Assembly: GCA_963702915.1 (NCBI GenBank)
Contig: OY969770.1
Coordinates: forward strand, 4,768,817-4,832,816
Length of the DNA stretch: 64,000 nt
Source: Candidatus Acidiferrales bacterium
Lineage (GTDB): Bacteria > Acidobacteriota > Terriglobia > Acidiferrales > UBA7541
Direction of reading: 5' to 3'
The notes beneath the pieces are model-generated. The model had not been told where the DNA came from. It saw nothing but the letters and a program-made list of their open reading frames with translations, and made no database searches. Positions 29,496 through 39,878 of this stretch are shown piece after piece. Made by a program: the position numbers and the translations under genes. Each line of letters starts with the position of its first letter. Within the stretch, counting starts at the first letter, position 1.

Positions 29496-30595
29496 GGGGC
29501 CGGGGCTGGATGGGGTTTGGTTAGGACTTCGTCGTAAACTTGGAGAGTTTTTTCGACCATGCGATCGGCGGAGAAATTTTCCGCGATGCGGATGCGTGCG
29601 GCTTGACCCAAGCTCTGGGCAAAGGCGCGATCTTCCAGGATGCGCTTCACGGCGGCGCAGATTTCCAGCACATCGGGGCCGGAAACGATTAGACCACTTT
29701 GGCCATCAACGATAATCTCCGTCAAAGCGCCGCGGCGGAAGGCGATGGAAGGGATTTCGTGGGCCATGGCGGCCAGCAGGGAATTGTTCAAGGCTTCAAA
29801 GAACGAGGGGAGCAGGAAAATATCCAAGGCGGCGTAAGCAGATTCCACGTCTTTTACGAACCCGGCAAAGATGACGGCTTGCGTCACGCCAAGTTCCCGT
29901 GCCAAAGATTCCAACTTGCCGCGAGAGGGACCATCGCCAGCGAGCAAGAGGCGTATCTCCGGATAATCCTTTCGCAATTCGGCGACGGCGCGGATGAGCC
30001 ATTCCTGGCCCTTATCGGGGAGCAGAACACCCACACAACCGAGGAGGGGAGCGTTATCGGATACTCCCCAACGGCGACGGGCTTGCGAGCGCTGTGCGGA
30101 AGAAAATCGCTCGGGGATTATGGTGCCTTCATAGACCACGCGGAGTTTTTCAACTGGCACGCCGGAAGCGGCGGCCTGATCCGCTACCCAGTGAGAATTG
30201 GCCAAGATGAGGGATGTGGCGCGATACTTGGCCTGCGAAATCCAATTCTTGCCGATGGGAAAGCCAACACGGCGGGAAGCGAGAAAAGGAACGCTCCAGT
30301 GGGCGCCAGCAAGCCACGCGGCCGACACCGCATGAGCTTCGTTGGCATGGACGAGATCGATTCTTCCGGATGAGAGGAGTTTGCGAATTGCAAGGGCAGC
30401 GGAGAGACGGAAATAGCCACGCGAACAGTAGTGCACGTAGTAACCAGCCTTGCGGGCGCGGTGAGCCAACACAGAACTCCGCGGGGCCAGAAGCTCCGCC
30501 GCATGGCCATGTTCGTACAATCCACGGAGAAGAAGAAACGCCTGGTTCTGGCCACCGCGCCACTGGGGCTCCAGATCGACGATCAGAGGAATCAT
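29492..30595 (-). CDS. Glycosyltransferase family 4 (GT-B)
   Basis: WRGGQ, DKGQEWL, GDGP, EALNNSLLAAMA in place of the E-x7-E motif. Confidence 0.88.
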   Translation of the reverse strand: MIPLIVDLEPQWRGGQNQAFLLLRGLYEHGHAAELLAPRSSVLAHRARKAGYYVHYCSRGYFRLSAALAIRKLLSSGRIDLVHANEAHAVSAAWLAGAHWSVPFLASRRVGFPIGKNWISQAKYRATSLILANSHWVADQAAASGVPVEKLRVVYEGTIIPERFSSAQRSQARRRWGVSDNAPLLGCVGVLLPDKGQEWLIRAVAELRKDYPEIRLLLAGDGPSRGKLESLARELGVTQAVIFAGFVKDVESAYAALDIFLLPSFFEALNNSLLAAMAHEIPSIAFRRGALTEIIVDGQSGLIVSGPDVLEICAAVKRILEDRAFAQSLGQAARIRIAENFSADRMVEKTLQVYDEVLTKPHPAPAP

Positions 30596-30600
30596 CCTGG

Positions 30601-31152
30601 CTAAGTCTGACTCAGAACGGCCTTGGGAAGAAAGCTCAATCGGATGGTGCTGCCGCCCATGCGGAACTCAGCGCCGTCCTGCAAGAATGCGGCGCGGACA
30701 CGCTCGCCCTCGAAGAAAGTGCCGTTCGTGGAGTCGAGATCCTTCAGGTTGACGGAGTGCTCACGAACCTCCAGCACACAATGGTGGCGGGAAATCTCCG
30801 GATCCTCCAGAGGAAGGTCAGCGCCCTTGCGTCCGATGACGGTGCGGGGATTGCTGAGCGTGAATGATTTGCCTTTGGAGGGGCCAGTGGAAACGGTCAG
30901 CACGACATCGGCATCAGCGGGGAGACGCAAGCTCTCGTCAACCGGTGGCAAGCGAAGCCTGGCGGTGGAGGCGTTGGCACGGGCGAAGGAGGGCATCGGA
31001 GAGATCACCACGGTTTCGTCGGCCCGGCGTTTGACTTCCACGATGGTGGTTTGACCGCAACGGGTGCAGCGGAACTGCACCTTGGCGTGCTTCGCCACGA
31101 CATCGTCCTTCAATAAATGCTGCTGTCCACAATGCACGCAACCGGTTTGCAT
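30601..31152 (-). CDS. Zinc-ribbon plus FHA domain protein
   Basis: CVHC/CTRC; IGR...ISRHH...STNGT FHA motifs. Confidence 0.9.
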   Translation of the reverse strand: MQTGCVHCGQQHLLKDDVVAKHAKVQFRCTRCGQTTIVEVKRRADETVVISPMPSFARANASTARLRLPPVDESLRLPADADVVLTVSTGPSKGKSFTLSNPRTVIGRKGADLPLEDPEISRHHCVLEVREHSVNLKDLDSTNGTFFEGERVRAAFLQDGAEFRMGGSTIRLSFLPKAVLSQT

Positions 31153-31399
31153 ACTTCTAATTTACCATGGAGGGCGGGGGGCGAATGTTTTGGGCGAGGC
31201 GCCTTTGCGGGAAGCGTTACTGCGGTGGTTTACTCAGTGTCAAAGCGGCCGCTACAAAGATAAGAGAAACCCCCTGAACCGATCTAAAAAACGGCCAGTA
31301 CATTAGGATTGCTTCTCGGCTGGGGAGGAATGTGGTTTGGCCGGGTGATGCGGCAGGTGTGCTACGATATAGGATTCAAGATAAGGCAGGAGAGCGCAC

Positions 31400-32122
31400 G
31401 TGTCTGAACACATATCGCGAAAAGAGCTGAAGCAGGACAAAGTCCGGGAAACATTCGAGCACGGCGCAGAAGCGGTATTGACGCACACGCGGCTTGCTTC
31501 GATCGGGCTGCTGGTGGTGATCGTGGTTGCGGCCGGGTACCTGGGCTGGAAATTGTACTCGGACCGGCAGAATGCGCAGGCGCAGGCTGCTTTCGACGAT
31601 GCCATAAAGATCTTCAACGCGCCACTGACGACTTCGGGCCAGCCGACGTTGCCGGGCGAACTTACCTACGCGGATGCGACACAAAGATCGCAGGATGCAG
31701 AGACCAAACTGGCGGTGGTGGCCGACAAATACCCACACACGAATTCGGGGAAACTGGCGCGTTACTACGCCGCGTTATGCCTGATGGACCTGGACCGCTT
31801 GAACCAGGCGTCCGAAGAATTGAAAGGAATGGATACGAGTTCGGACAAGGAACTTGCAGCACTGGCGCAATATCAAGAAGCGTTGATAGCGGAGCGCACC
31901 GGGAAGGATGCCGATGCGGTAAAGATATTGCGCACGCTTTCCAATTCCGGCTCTGTCCTGGTGCCGAAGCCGCTGGTGCTGCTGGAACTGGCGGGTGTAC
32001 TGCGGCAGAGCGACCCTAAACAAGCAGCGAGCGTGTACGACCAGATCAAGAAGGATTATCCAAACACAGCAGTGGCGGACGAAGCCGACCGCGGCCTGGG
32101 AACGATTACGCCGAAATCCTGA
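31400..32122 (+). CDS. Membrane-anchored TPR protein (YfgM-like)
   Basis: SRKELKQD N-terminus, single TM, helical repeats. Confidence 0.8.
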   Translation: MSEHISRKELKQDKVRETFEHGAEAVLTHTRLASIGLLVVIVVAAGYLGWKLYSDRQNAQAQAAFDDAIKIFNAPLTTSGQPTLPGELTYADATQRSQDAETKLAVVADKYPHTNSGKLARYYAALCLMDLDRLNQASEELKGMDTSSDKELAALAQYQEALIAERTGKDADAVKILRTLSNSGSVLVPKPLVLLELAGVLRQSDPKQAASVYDQIKKDYPNTAVADEADRGLGTITPKS

Positions 32123-32193
32123 GGCGGAGCGGCGCTGAGAATTCGCCGGGAGGTCCGGCCATCAACACACCGCGTCCAGCCGCACCCTGGGCG

Positions 32194-33336
32194 ATGCAGC
32201 CGTCTTCATCGCGCGGCCGGAAGATTCCAGAAGCAGTACATCCCTACCGAAGCGAATACGCACGAGACCGCGACCGCATCGTGCACTCGCGCGCCTTCCG
32301 CCGCCTGGAAGCCAAGACACAAGTTTTCACGACGCGCTTCTCCGATCATTTCCGCAATCGCTTGACGCACACGCTGGAGGTTGCGCAGATCGCGCGGACG
32401 GTGGCGGCAGCATTAGGGCTGAATGCCGAACTGGTGGAATCGCTGGCCCTGGTACACGATATCGGCCACCCTCCATTTGGACACGCCGGCGAACGCAAGC
32501 TAAATGAGTTGATGAAAGCGCATGGAGGGCGGTTCAACCACAATCTACACGCGCTACGAATCGTGGAGCATTTCGAGCAGCGATATATAGGGTTCGAGGG
32601 ACTGAACCTGACGTTTGAGGTACGCGAAGGAATCGTGAAACACTCTCGCGATTACAACGTGGCGGAATTTCCCGAGCTAGCAGAGTATTTGCTGGAACTG
32701 CGTCCGCCGCTGGAATCGCAGCTCATTGATTGGGTGGATGAAATTGCGTACAACACCGCCGACCTGGACGATGCGCTGGAAGCGAACCTGCTGGACGTCG
32801 AGGTGCTTTGCCACGAAGTGCCATTTTTCGGAGCGTTCTATACGCAGGTCGAAGCTGAACATCCGCAGGCGCGGGCCAAGCTGAAGTTCAACGAGGCGCT
32901 GCGGCACGTTGTGGATCACCTGGCGAGCGACCTAATTGCGAATACCGAGCTCATGGTGCGGAATTCGCGGGCGCACACCGTGGAAGACATACGCCGCGCT
33001 CCCGTGCGGCTGGCGCGTTTCAGCGAAAAGGTGCGCGGGCAAAATGCCCAGCTCAAAGGCTTTCTGTTCGCGCGTATTTACAATCATCCGTCGATCACGG
33101 AGGATTGCAACCGTTCCATTCAATGCCTTGAGGAGCTTTTTGCGTTCTACCTGCAGCGGCCCGGTTCCATGCCAGAAATTTACGAAGAGCTGGCGCGCAC
33201 AACCGCGCGGCATATTATTGTGTGCGACTACGTCGCCGGGATGACCGATCAATTTTTGCTGCGGCAGCATCACGAGCACCTGCGAGTTTCCGGCTCCGCG
33301 GCGACTTCAACCGGGGGCTCGGCGCAGATAGAATGA
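32194..33336 (+). CDS. dgt: Deoxyguanosinetriphosphate triphosphohydrolase (HD family)
   Basis: RDRDRI..SRAFRRL..KTQVF, RLTHTLEV, HDIGHPPFGHAGE, DYVAGMTD. Confidence 0.93.
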   Translation: MQPSSSRGRKIPEAVHPYRSEYARDRDRIVHSRAFRRLEAKTQVFTTRFSDHFRNRLTHTLEVAQIARTVAAALGLNAELVESLALVHDIGHPPFGHAGERKLNELMKAHGGRFNHNLHALRIVEHFEQRYIGFEGLNLTFEVREGIVKHSRDYNVAEFPELAEYLLELRPPLESQLIDWVDEIAYNTADLDDALEANLLDVEVLCHEVPFFGAFYTQVEAEHPQARAKLKFNEALRHVVDHLASDLIANTELMVRNSRAHTVEDIRRAPVRLARFSEKVRGQNAQLKGFLFARIYNHPSITEDCNRSIQCLEELFAFYLQRPGSMPEIYEELARTTARHIIVCDYVAGMTDQFLLRQHHEHLRVSGSAATSTGGSAQIE

Positions 33337-35066
33337 AGCGGGCTACGGGAGTGCGAAAGATGGCTGGTTGGCGCAAGCTGATGCCGCTTGTTGTGATGTC
33401 GCTAGCGGCTTGCTGCGTGCCCTTGCGCGCACAGATTCCCGGTGTGACGCCAGCCGCTACACCTGCCGCTGCGCAACCCAGCGTTCCAGCGGACCCGTTG
33501 GGGCGCGAAAATCCGCGTGGATGCATTCTGGGATTCATTAAGGCGGCGCAAGAAGAACGTTACAGCGTGGCAGTGCAGTATTTTCAGCCGGCAACGGGAC
33601 GGCACCGCCCGGATGCCGAAGAGGAAGAAGAGCTGGCTTCGCAACTGCTGACTATCCTGAATCAGAAATATGTAGGGCCACTCGACCTCATAAGCAGCGA
33701 TCCGCTAGGCCGGCTGGATGATGGCCTACCGGCGGATCAAGAAAGGGTCGGCGTAACGGCCGAGACCAAAGACAGCTTCGCAATCCTGCTGGCCCGGCAA
33801 GAAGACGAAGCGGGCCACAAGCTCTGGTACATTTCGCGCGCGACGCTGGCTGAAGTACCCAAGGTCTATGATTCGCTAACGTTCCCGGAGGTGGAAAAGA
33901 AAATACCGGAGTATTTGGTGGAACACCGAATTCTGTACATGCCACTGTGGCAGTGGATGGCAATCTTGCTATTGTTGCCGACTGCCCTGGTGGCGGCGCG
34001 GCTGCTGACGAAAGGAGCGGAACTGCTGACGGGGTTGTGGCGGAAGTTGCGCAAGCTGCCGCCGCAGGAGAGCGAGCCGCTAATGAGGTTCGGGCCTGGG
34101 ACCTTAGGGCTCGCCGTGCTGATTCACTATACGTTGGTGGACTACATCGGCACATCGCTTTTGTATCGCATCTATTACCGGCGCTTGATCTGGATCTTTC
34201 TGGCGATTGCGTTCTACTGGATTTTGACACGGATCACGCGCGCGCTGTCTGCGAGGATCGGCAGAAGCCTCACGAGCCGTGGGATGTACGCGGAACGCTC
34301 GATCGTTTCGCTGATCCGGCGGTTCGTGGAAGTGACCATCTTCATTATTCTGGGCCTGATCATGCTACACGGCATGGGATTTGATGTATCCACTGCGCTG
34401 GCGGGAGTGGGCATCGGGACACTTGCTCTGGGGCTTGGCGCGCAAAAAACATTTGAAAACATGTTTGGCGGCGTGTCGGTGGTCTTCGACAAGGTGATCC
34501 AGATCGGCGACCTGTGCAAGGTAAACAATCAGTTGGGAGTGGTGGAGGATATCGGGCTGCGATCCACCCGGTTGCGTACGCTGGACCGGACGCTGCTTTC
34601 GATCCCCAACGGGATTATGGCGTCTTCCACGGTTGAAAATCTGCGATTCCGGGACAAATTTCTTTGCAACCAGATAGTTCGTTTGCGCTATGACCTCTCG
34701 CCAAATCATGTGCGCGCGGTGCTGGAGGAGATGCGCGGCGTGCTGAAACAGAATGTCAAGGTGGAAGGTGCGTCAGCGCGCGTGAATTTCCTGCGATTTG
34801 CGGAATACGCGCTGGAAGTCGAATTGTACTGCTACATTCTGGAGCGCGGCTATGATGCGTATCTAATGACGCAGGAGGCGTTGCTGCTGGAGATTATGGA
34901 GACGCTGGAGAGAACAGGAGCGGTGGTGGCGCTGCCGTCGCAAACGACCCTGGTCACGAAGGATTCCTGGATTGATGAAGAGAAAGCGAAAGCGGTGCAG
35001 GCGGCCATCGAAAAGGCCAGGGAAAAGGACGGCACGGGGCCGCCGGTGAAACCGGCTACATCTTGA
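33333..35066 (+). CDS. MscS-family mechanosensitive channel with large periplasmic N-terminus
   Basis: DPLGR.NPRG, GIGTLALGLGAQ, VEDIGLRSTRLRT, IPN. Start ATG 33333 overlaps the dgt stop. Confidence 0.9.
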   Translation: MKRATGVRKMAGWRKLMPLVVMSLAACCVPLRAQIPGVTPAATPAAAQPSVPADPLGRENPRGCILGFIKAAQEERYSVAVQYFQPATGRHRPDAEEEEELASQLLTILNQKYVGPLDLISSDPLGRLDDGLPADQERVGVTAETKDSFAILLARQEDEAGHKLWYISRATLAEVPKVYDSLTFPEVEKKIPEYLVEHRILYMPLWQWMAILLLLPTALVAARLLTKGAELLTGLWRKLRKLPPQESEPLMRFGPGTLGLAVLIHYTLVDYIGTSLLYRIYYRRLIWIFLAIAFYWILTRITRALSARIGRSLTSRGMYAERSIVSLIRRFVEVTIFIILGLIMLHGMGFDVSTALAGVGIGTLALGLGAQKTFENMFGGVSVVFDKVIQIGDLCKVNNQLGVVEDIGLRSTRLRTLDRTLLSIPNGIMASSTVENLRFRDKFLCNQIVRLRYDLSPNHVRAVLEEMRGVLKQNVKVEGASARVNFLRFAEYALEVELYCYILERGYDAYLMTQEALLLEIMETLERTGAVVALPSQTTLVTKDSWIDEEKAKAVQAAIEKAREKDGTGPPVKPATS

Positions 35067-35115
35067 GAATAAATCGCGCGACTAGTTCTAGAGAAGGCGG
35101 CGGGGAAAGGTTAGA

Positions 35116-36810
35116 ATGCAAACATTTGCACCCGCTAAGACGATGAAGACCGAGCGCCGCAAGAAAGTTCGCAATCGCCCACGCAGCCTTGTCTACGTTG
35201 AGCTGGAATCCGCAAACGGCGGCATGATGCGCGACCTTTCGGAAGAAGGATTTGCGCTGCGGGCGATGCTGCCTTTGCAGGCAGGCCACAAGACACAGTT
35301 TGCATTTTCATTGGATGGGACAAGCCGCATCAGCGGAGAAGGGCGGATCGCCTGGATTAAGGAAGATGGCCGGGTGGCGGGGATCGAATTCTGCGGAATA
35401 ACGCAAAGCGCCCGCGAAGAAATTCGCGGATGGCTAGGCGAGGTTGAGCGGCCCGTCGCGCAGGAACGTAGGCCGGAAGCTTTGGGCGTTTCGGAGGTGT
35501 CAACACTGGAAGAATTGCGGACGGAGGCGCGCAGGTCGCTTGCGCAGGTTGCCACTCCGAAGGTGAAGCCGGTGGAGGTGGCGCCACACCGTGAGGCGGA
35601 AGTTACGCCCGGTCCCGTTGCCAAAGTGGCACCGCTGGAAGAACGGCGAGAGGAAATTCGTTCCGAACCTCTGAGGATTGCCATTCCCCCAACAAAGCCG
35701 GTCGAGGCGGCGACGCCCAGTGAGCCGGAAGTTGCGCCCGCTCCCATTGCCAATGTGACTCCACCGGAAGAGCGGCTAGAGGAGATTCATATTGGCCCTC
35801 CGAGGATTGCGATTCCCTCGATTAAGCAGGTTGAGGCGACGCCACCGCGTGAACAAGAGATCGCGCCGACGCCTGTTGTCAAAGTGACTCCGCCAGAAGA
35901 GCGGCGAGAAGAAGTTCATGCCAGTCTTCCGCGAATGGCGATACCTACGGTTAAGTCTGCTGAGACAGTGCCTGAAGCTGTGACAGTGAAGAGTTCGGCT
36001 GCCGTTCCTGAGACGACCTTGCGCGAAGAGCAGCAGGAGGAACGGCGTTTCACATTGCCACGCGTCTTGCTTACGTCGGTAGGGTCCGCGGGGAGTGCCG
36101 AATTGGCGGAAGTGCCTGTCGAGAGTGTGGCCGCGCCCAGCCCGGAACCACAAAGCGAACCGCGGGACGTCTGGGAGGAAACGGCGCCGGTGGGAGTTGT
36201 GGAACCTCTGCCTGCAGAAAGCACACTGGAGCCGCTGGCGGAAGTGGAAGCGGAATCCGAATTCGGCGAAAGGATCGAGGAACCGCGGTGGGCGCGATTC
36301 ACATTGACGAAGGCGATCGGAATCATGGTGCTGCTAGTGCTGATCGGTGGGACGGTGGTGGGGCACCGTCAAGTGGGTCACGCTTTAATCTGGGTGGGGC
36401 AAGCGATTGCGGGTGATGGAACGCCTCCTTCGCACTCATTAGTGAACAAGCCTCTTGAGCCCACAAATCAAAAGCCGGCAAGTGCATTACGAGATTCGTC
36501 GCCCGCTGCGCCAGCGGGTTCCGTGGGAGCGACCGGGGATAACGGCCAACAGGAATACGAACGAGCGGAGGAGATGCTTAAGGATAGGAAGCGGGAGGCG
36601 GAGACCGGTGAGGCAGTGCAGTTGCTCTGGTTGGCGGCACAGAAAGGAAATGTGAACGGCATGGTTACCCTTGCGGAGCTTTACCGAAGGGGACGAGGGG
36701 TAAGAAAGGACTGTACCCAGTCGCGCATTTTTCTCTCCACCGCAGCGCTAAAAGGAAGCGTTGAAGCGCGGGAGCAACTGGGCAAGCTGGCGCAGGAAGG
36801 CTGTGAGTGA
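35116..36810 (+). CDS. PilZ domain, Pro/Glu-rich repeat linker, TM segment and SEL1-like C-terminus
   Basis: DLSEEG PilZ motif; three 43-aa repeats; AAQKGNVNGMVTLAELYRRGRGVRKD. Confidence 0.8.
   Translation: MQTFAPAKTMKTERRKKVRNRPRSLVYVELESANGGMMRDLSEEGFALRAMLPLQAGHKTQFAFSLDGTSRISGEGRIAWIKEDGRVAGIEFCGITQSAREEIRGWLGEVERPVAQERRPEALGVSEVSTLEELRTEARRSLAQVATPKVKPVEVAPHREAEVTPGPVAKVAPLEERREEIRSEPLRIAIPPTKPVEAATPSEPEVAPAPIANVTPPEERLEEIHIGPPRIAIPSIKQVEATPPREQEIAPTPVVKVTPPEERREEVHASLPRMAIPTVKSAETVPEAVTVKSSAAVPETTLREEQQEERRFTLPRVLLTSVGSAGSAELAEVPVESVAAPSPEPQSEPRDVWEETAPVGVVEPLPAESTLEPLAEVEAESEFGERIEEPRWARFTLTKAIGIMVLLVLIGGTVVGHRQVGHALIWVGQAIAGDGTPPSHSLVNKPLEPTNQKPASALRDSSPAAPAGSVGATGDNGQQEYERAEEMLKDRKREAETGEAVQLLWLAAQKGNVNGMVTLAELYRRGRGVRKDCTQSRIFLSTAALKGSVEAREQLGKLAQEGCE
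35566..35952 (+). repeat. Three tandem 129-bp (43-codon) intragenic repeats
   Basis: AAG codon recurs at 35566, 35695, 35824 and 35953; unit approximately KPVE..P.....V.P.P.AKV.PPEER.EEI...PRIAIP. Confidence 0.85.
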
Positions 36811-36883
36811 TTTAGAGAGAAGCGAGAACGGGGTGCTGACGCACTGTTCAGCGGGATGAGATGAAATAACGAAGTCCAGGAGG

Positions 36884-37513
36884 ATGACTGTGTACTGTTC
36901 CAAATGTGGTGCGATGCTGAGCACGGATGCCACGTACTGCGTGTCGTGCGGAGCACCGGCGGTGCGAACGATGATTGCGGCAACGCCATCGCCAGTCGTG
37001 CCGGCAAACGTGGGAGTTGCTGGGTTCAGCACGACGCAGAGTATGACGTATGCGGGATTCTGGTTGCGGTTCGTGGCGCATCTGATTGATGGACTGATAT
37101 TGAGTGTGGGCGTATTCGCACTCGTGATTCCTCTGATTTTCCTGACGGGGCTGGCAGCAACGTTGGAGAACCTACCTCACTATTCAAGCGAGCAGCCGAG
37201 CCCGGCGGCAGTTGCGGGAATCGTAGCGCTGGTACTTACGTTTATCGCGGTCGGAATGTTGCTGCAATGGCTGTACTGCGCCTATTTGGAGAGCGGAGAA
37301 AAGCAGGCGACCTGGGGCAAACAGGTGATGGGATTGTACGTGACGGACGTCGCGGCGAACCGTATCTCGTTTGGCAGGGCTTCCGGGCGATATTTCGCGA
37401 AGATCGTTTCCGGGTTGATACCGCTGGGGATCGGGTACATCATGGCGGGATTCACGGAGAGGAAGCAAGCGCTACACGACATGATCGCGGGATGCCTGGT
37501 GCTGCGGCACTAG
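36884..37513 (+). CDS. RDD-family membrane protein with N-terminal zinc ribbon
   Basis: CSKCG/CVSCG; YAGFWLRFVAHLID; KQALHDMIAG. Confidence 0.9.
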   Translation: MTVYCSKCGAMLSTDATYCVSCGAPAVRTMIAATPSPVVPANVGVAGFSTTQSMTYAGFWLRFVAHLIDGLILSVGVFALVIPLIFLTGLAATLENLPHYSSEQPSPAAVAGIVALVLTFIAVGMLLQWLYCAYLESGEKQATWGKQVMGLYVTDVAANRISFGRASGRYFAKIVSGLIPLGIGYIMAGFTERKQALHDMIAGCLVLRH

Positions 37514-37592
37514 TGTTGAGTGCCGGGAATACTAATAAAGAGTGCGGAGTGCTTAGGGGCTTAAGAGTCTGTGTGAGAACTAGAAAAACGGC

Positions 37593-37653
37593 CCTCAGCG
37601 GCTAAAGCCGCAGCGCAAATGCAACAGTTACGGCATGGCTGAAGCCATGCCCT
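37593..37653. repeat. Family A element between convergent genes
   Basis: cctcagcggctaaagccgc...ggcatggctgaagccatgccct, with compensatory changes. Confidence 0.85.
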
Positions 37654-37677
37654 GACGAAAAAAATGTGGGTTAGGCG

Positions 37678-38379
37678 TCAGACGGGCGCGAGAGTCTGGT
37701 CAACGATGCGGCCATCGAAGAGATGCAAGGTGCGTTCAGCATGATGGGCGTAGCGCGGGTCGTGCGTGACCATGCAAATTGTCGCGCCATTGGAGTGAAG
37801 TTCCTTTAGCAGGTCCATCACCGCATCTCCGTTTTTGGAATCCAGATTCCCCGTGGGCTCATCGGCGAGAAGAATCAGGGGATCGCCAACGAGGGCGCGA
37901 GCGACGGCGACGCGCTGTTGCTGACCGCCAGAGAGCTGCGCGGGATAGTGCTTGGCGCGGTGGGCCATTTCGACGCGCTCGAGGGCGGATTGCACTTTTT
38001 CCTTGCGTTCGGCGGAGGCCATGCCGCGATAAGTGAGGGGGAGTTCGACGTTTTCATAGACAGTGAGATCGCCAATGAGGTTGAAGGCCTGGAAAATAAA
38101 GCCGATTTCGCGGTTGCGGATACGCGAGCGGTCGCTGAGCTTGAGGCTGGAAACGGGATTACCGTTGAGGAGGTAGTCGCCCTCGGTTGGCGAATCCAGC
38201 AATCCCAGAATAGCGAGCAGAGTGGATTTGCCGCATCCGGAAGGGCCGGCAATCGCGAGATATTCACCCTTTTTGATTTCCATATCAATTTGGGCCAGGG
38301 CGTGCGTTTCCAGCTCGTCGGTGAAGAAGATTTTGCTGACGCCTTGCATTTTGATGAGCGTGCCGTTTGTTGAAGTCAT
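37678..38379 (-). CDS. ABC transporter ATP-binding protein (LolD/MacB type)
   Basis: [29 protein letters not shown]. Confidence 0.95.
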   Translation of the reverse strand: MTSTNGTLIKMQGVSKIFFTDELETHALAQIDMEIKKGEYLAIAGPSGCGKSTLLAILGLLDSPTEGDYLLNGNPVSSLKLSDRSRIRNREIGFIFQAFNLIGDLTVYENVELPLTYRGMASAERKEKVQSALERVEMAHRAKHYPAQLSGGQQQRVAVARALVGDPLILLADEPTGNLDSKNGDAVMDLLKELHSNGATICMVTHDPRYAHHAERTLHLFDGRIVDQTLAPV

Positions 38380-38609
38380 TGAAGTGCCTCCGGTAGAGCG
38401 GAAAGTTGTAAGTTATAAGTTTTCAGTTTTAAGTTTCCGAGAAGAGCGAGCGGACAGAAGCGCGAACTGAGGAGCGCGGAGAAAAGGATCGGTGGCGTTA
38501 GAGCACATGAGCGCACGCTTGCAAAGCAAGGGCGAGGCGCCCTCAGGCGCATGGGCGGGGTTGAGTAGGAAGTGAGAAGCATGAGTAAGCCGTTCAAAAA
38601 AATTGCTCC

Positions 38610-39878
38610 TTAGCGCAAGCGAATGCGGTCAAAAGCATCCCAATTGGACATATCCGAAAGAATGACTTTGTCTCCCGGTTTCAAGCCCTGGAGAATCTCG
38701 ACGGTGTTGACAGAGGTTTTGCCGAGCTTGACGTTTACGCGGACAGCTTCCGCGCCGTCATCGGAAAGTTTAAACAGGCCAACAGTGCTTTCGGCTTGGC
38801 CATGAACGGGGCGGCCCACGTAGAGGACGTCCTTGAGATTTTCAATCTGGATGGTGCCATCAACGCTGAGGTCAGGGCGCGCGCCTTGCGGAAGCGGGTC
38901 GCTGATTTGCACGTCAACCGTGACAGTGCCGTTTTGCACGGAGGGGTCGATGCGGGAGACGCGGCCCTGGACAATGCCGTTTCTGGTGTCAACGGAGGCT
39001 AGCTGGCCGATGACCACATCCTTGGCTTGCGTTTCAGCGATTTTGATTTCGGCCTTGAGGTGCTTGGGATCGGCAACGCGGGCAAGGTTGGTGCCAGGCG
39101 TGACGTGTTGGCCGACTTCGACAGGGACGACCTGGAGAACGCCTTGGAGGCCGGCGCGAAGATGAAGCGCATCGGCTTCGCTGCGTTTAAGGTCGTAGAG
39201 GGCGCGCTGCTGATCAACGTGAGATTGCTGAGCCATGAGGCGAGCCTTTGCGGAGTCCGCGGCGTTGGCCGTGCGGTCTTCTTCAAGCTGCAGGCGAATC
39301 GCGAGCTGTTCTTCTTTTACTTTTGATAATTGCGCGGTGACGTCCGGGCTCAGGCCTTCGGCGCGGAGTTTTTCATCCACTTCATGCTGAATTTTGGCTT
39401 GCTCGTATTCGCTGCGGACGGAGGCAGTGGCGGCCTTCTGGTTGAGGAGTTCGCTGTTGAGTTGAACGCGAAGGTTTTCATAGTCGGCCTGCGCCGCTTT
39501 CAACTGATATTCGGAGTCCAGAAGGTCACGCTGCAATTCGGGATTGCTGAGTTCCAGGATGACGCTGCCCGGCTGAACGAGGGCGCCGGGATGGAGGATT
39601 ATGCGATCGACCCGGGAATCGGTCTGCGCGGGAAGCCAGCGAATGTCCTCGGGGACCAGAGTGCCGATGCCGTGTACCTCGATGAGCAGCGGCCCGCGTT
39701 TCACCTCGTCGGTATAGACAGTGGCTTTATCCACGGATGGAGCAGCCTGGTGAAGACGCGATACGCCGAAGGTTACGCCTGTGACGGAAACGATGGCAAT
39801 GGCGGCGTAGACAATGCGGCGAATCTTTTTGGCGCGTGCGTTGGATGGGCGTTGGATATCCATAGTCGTTTGGCTCAC
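38610..39878 (-). CDS. Periplasmic adaptor subunit (HlyD/MacA-like)
   Basis: N-terminal TM, coiled-coil hairpin, lipoyl-like VEVGQHV.PG, GLKPGDKVI. Confidence 0.9.
   Translation of the reverse strand: MSQTTMDIQRPSNARAKKIRRIVYAAIAIVSVTGVTFGVSRLHQAAPSVDKATVYTDEVKRGPLLIEVHGIGTLVPEDIRWLPAQTDSRVDRIILHPGALVQPGSVILELSNPELQRDLLDSEYQLKAAQADYENLRVQLNSELLNQKAATASVRSEYEQAKIQHEVDEKLRAEGLSPDVTAQLSKVKEEQLAIRLQLEEDRTANAADSAKARLMAQQSHVDQQRALYDLKRSEADALHLRAGLQGVLQVVPVEVGQHVTPGTNLARVADPKHLKAEIKIAETQAKDVVIGQLASVDTRNGIVQGRVSRIDPSVQNGTVTVDVQISDPLPQGARPDLSVDGTIQIENLKDVLYVGRPVHGQAESTVGLFKLSDDGAEAVRVNVKLGKTSVNTVEILQGLKPGDKVILSDMSNWDAFDRIRLR

Noticed and set aside
32194-33336. dGTPase as an antiphage dNTP-depletion system
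   Set aside because: It is the short, housekeeping-type enzyme in a probable core operon (TPR-dgt-mscS) with no defence context.
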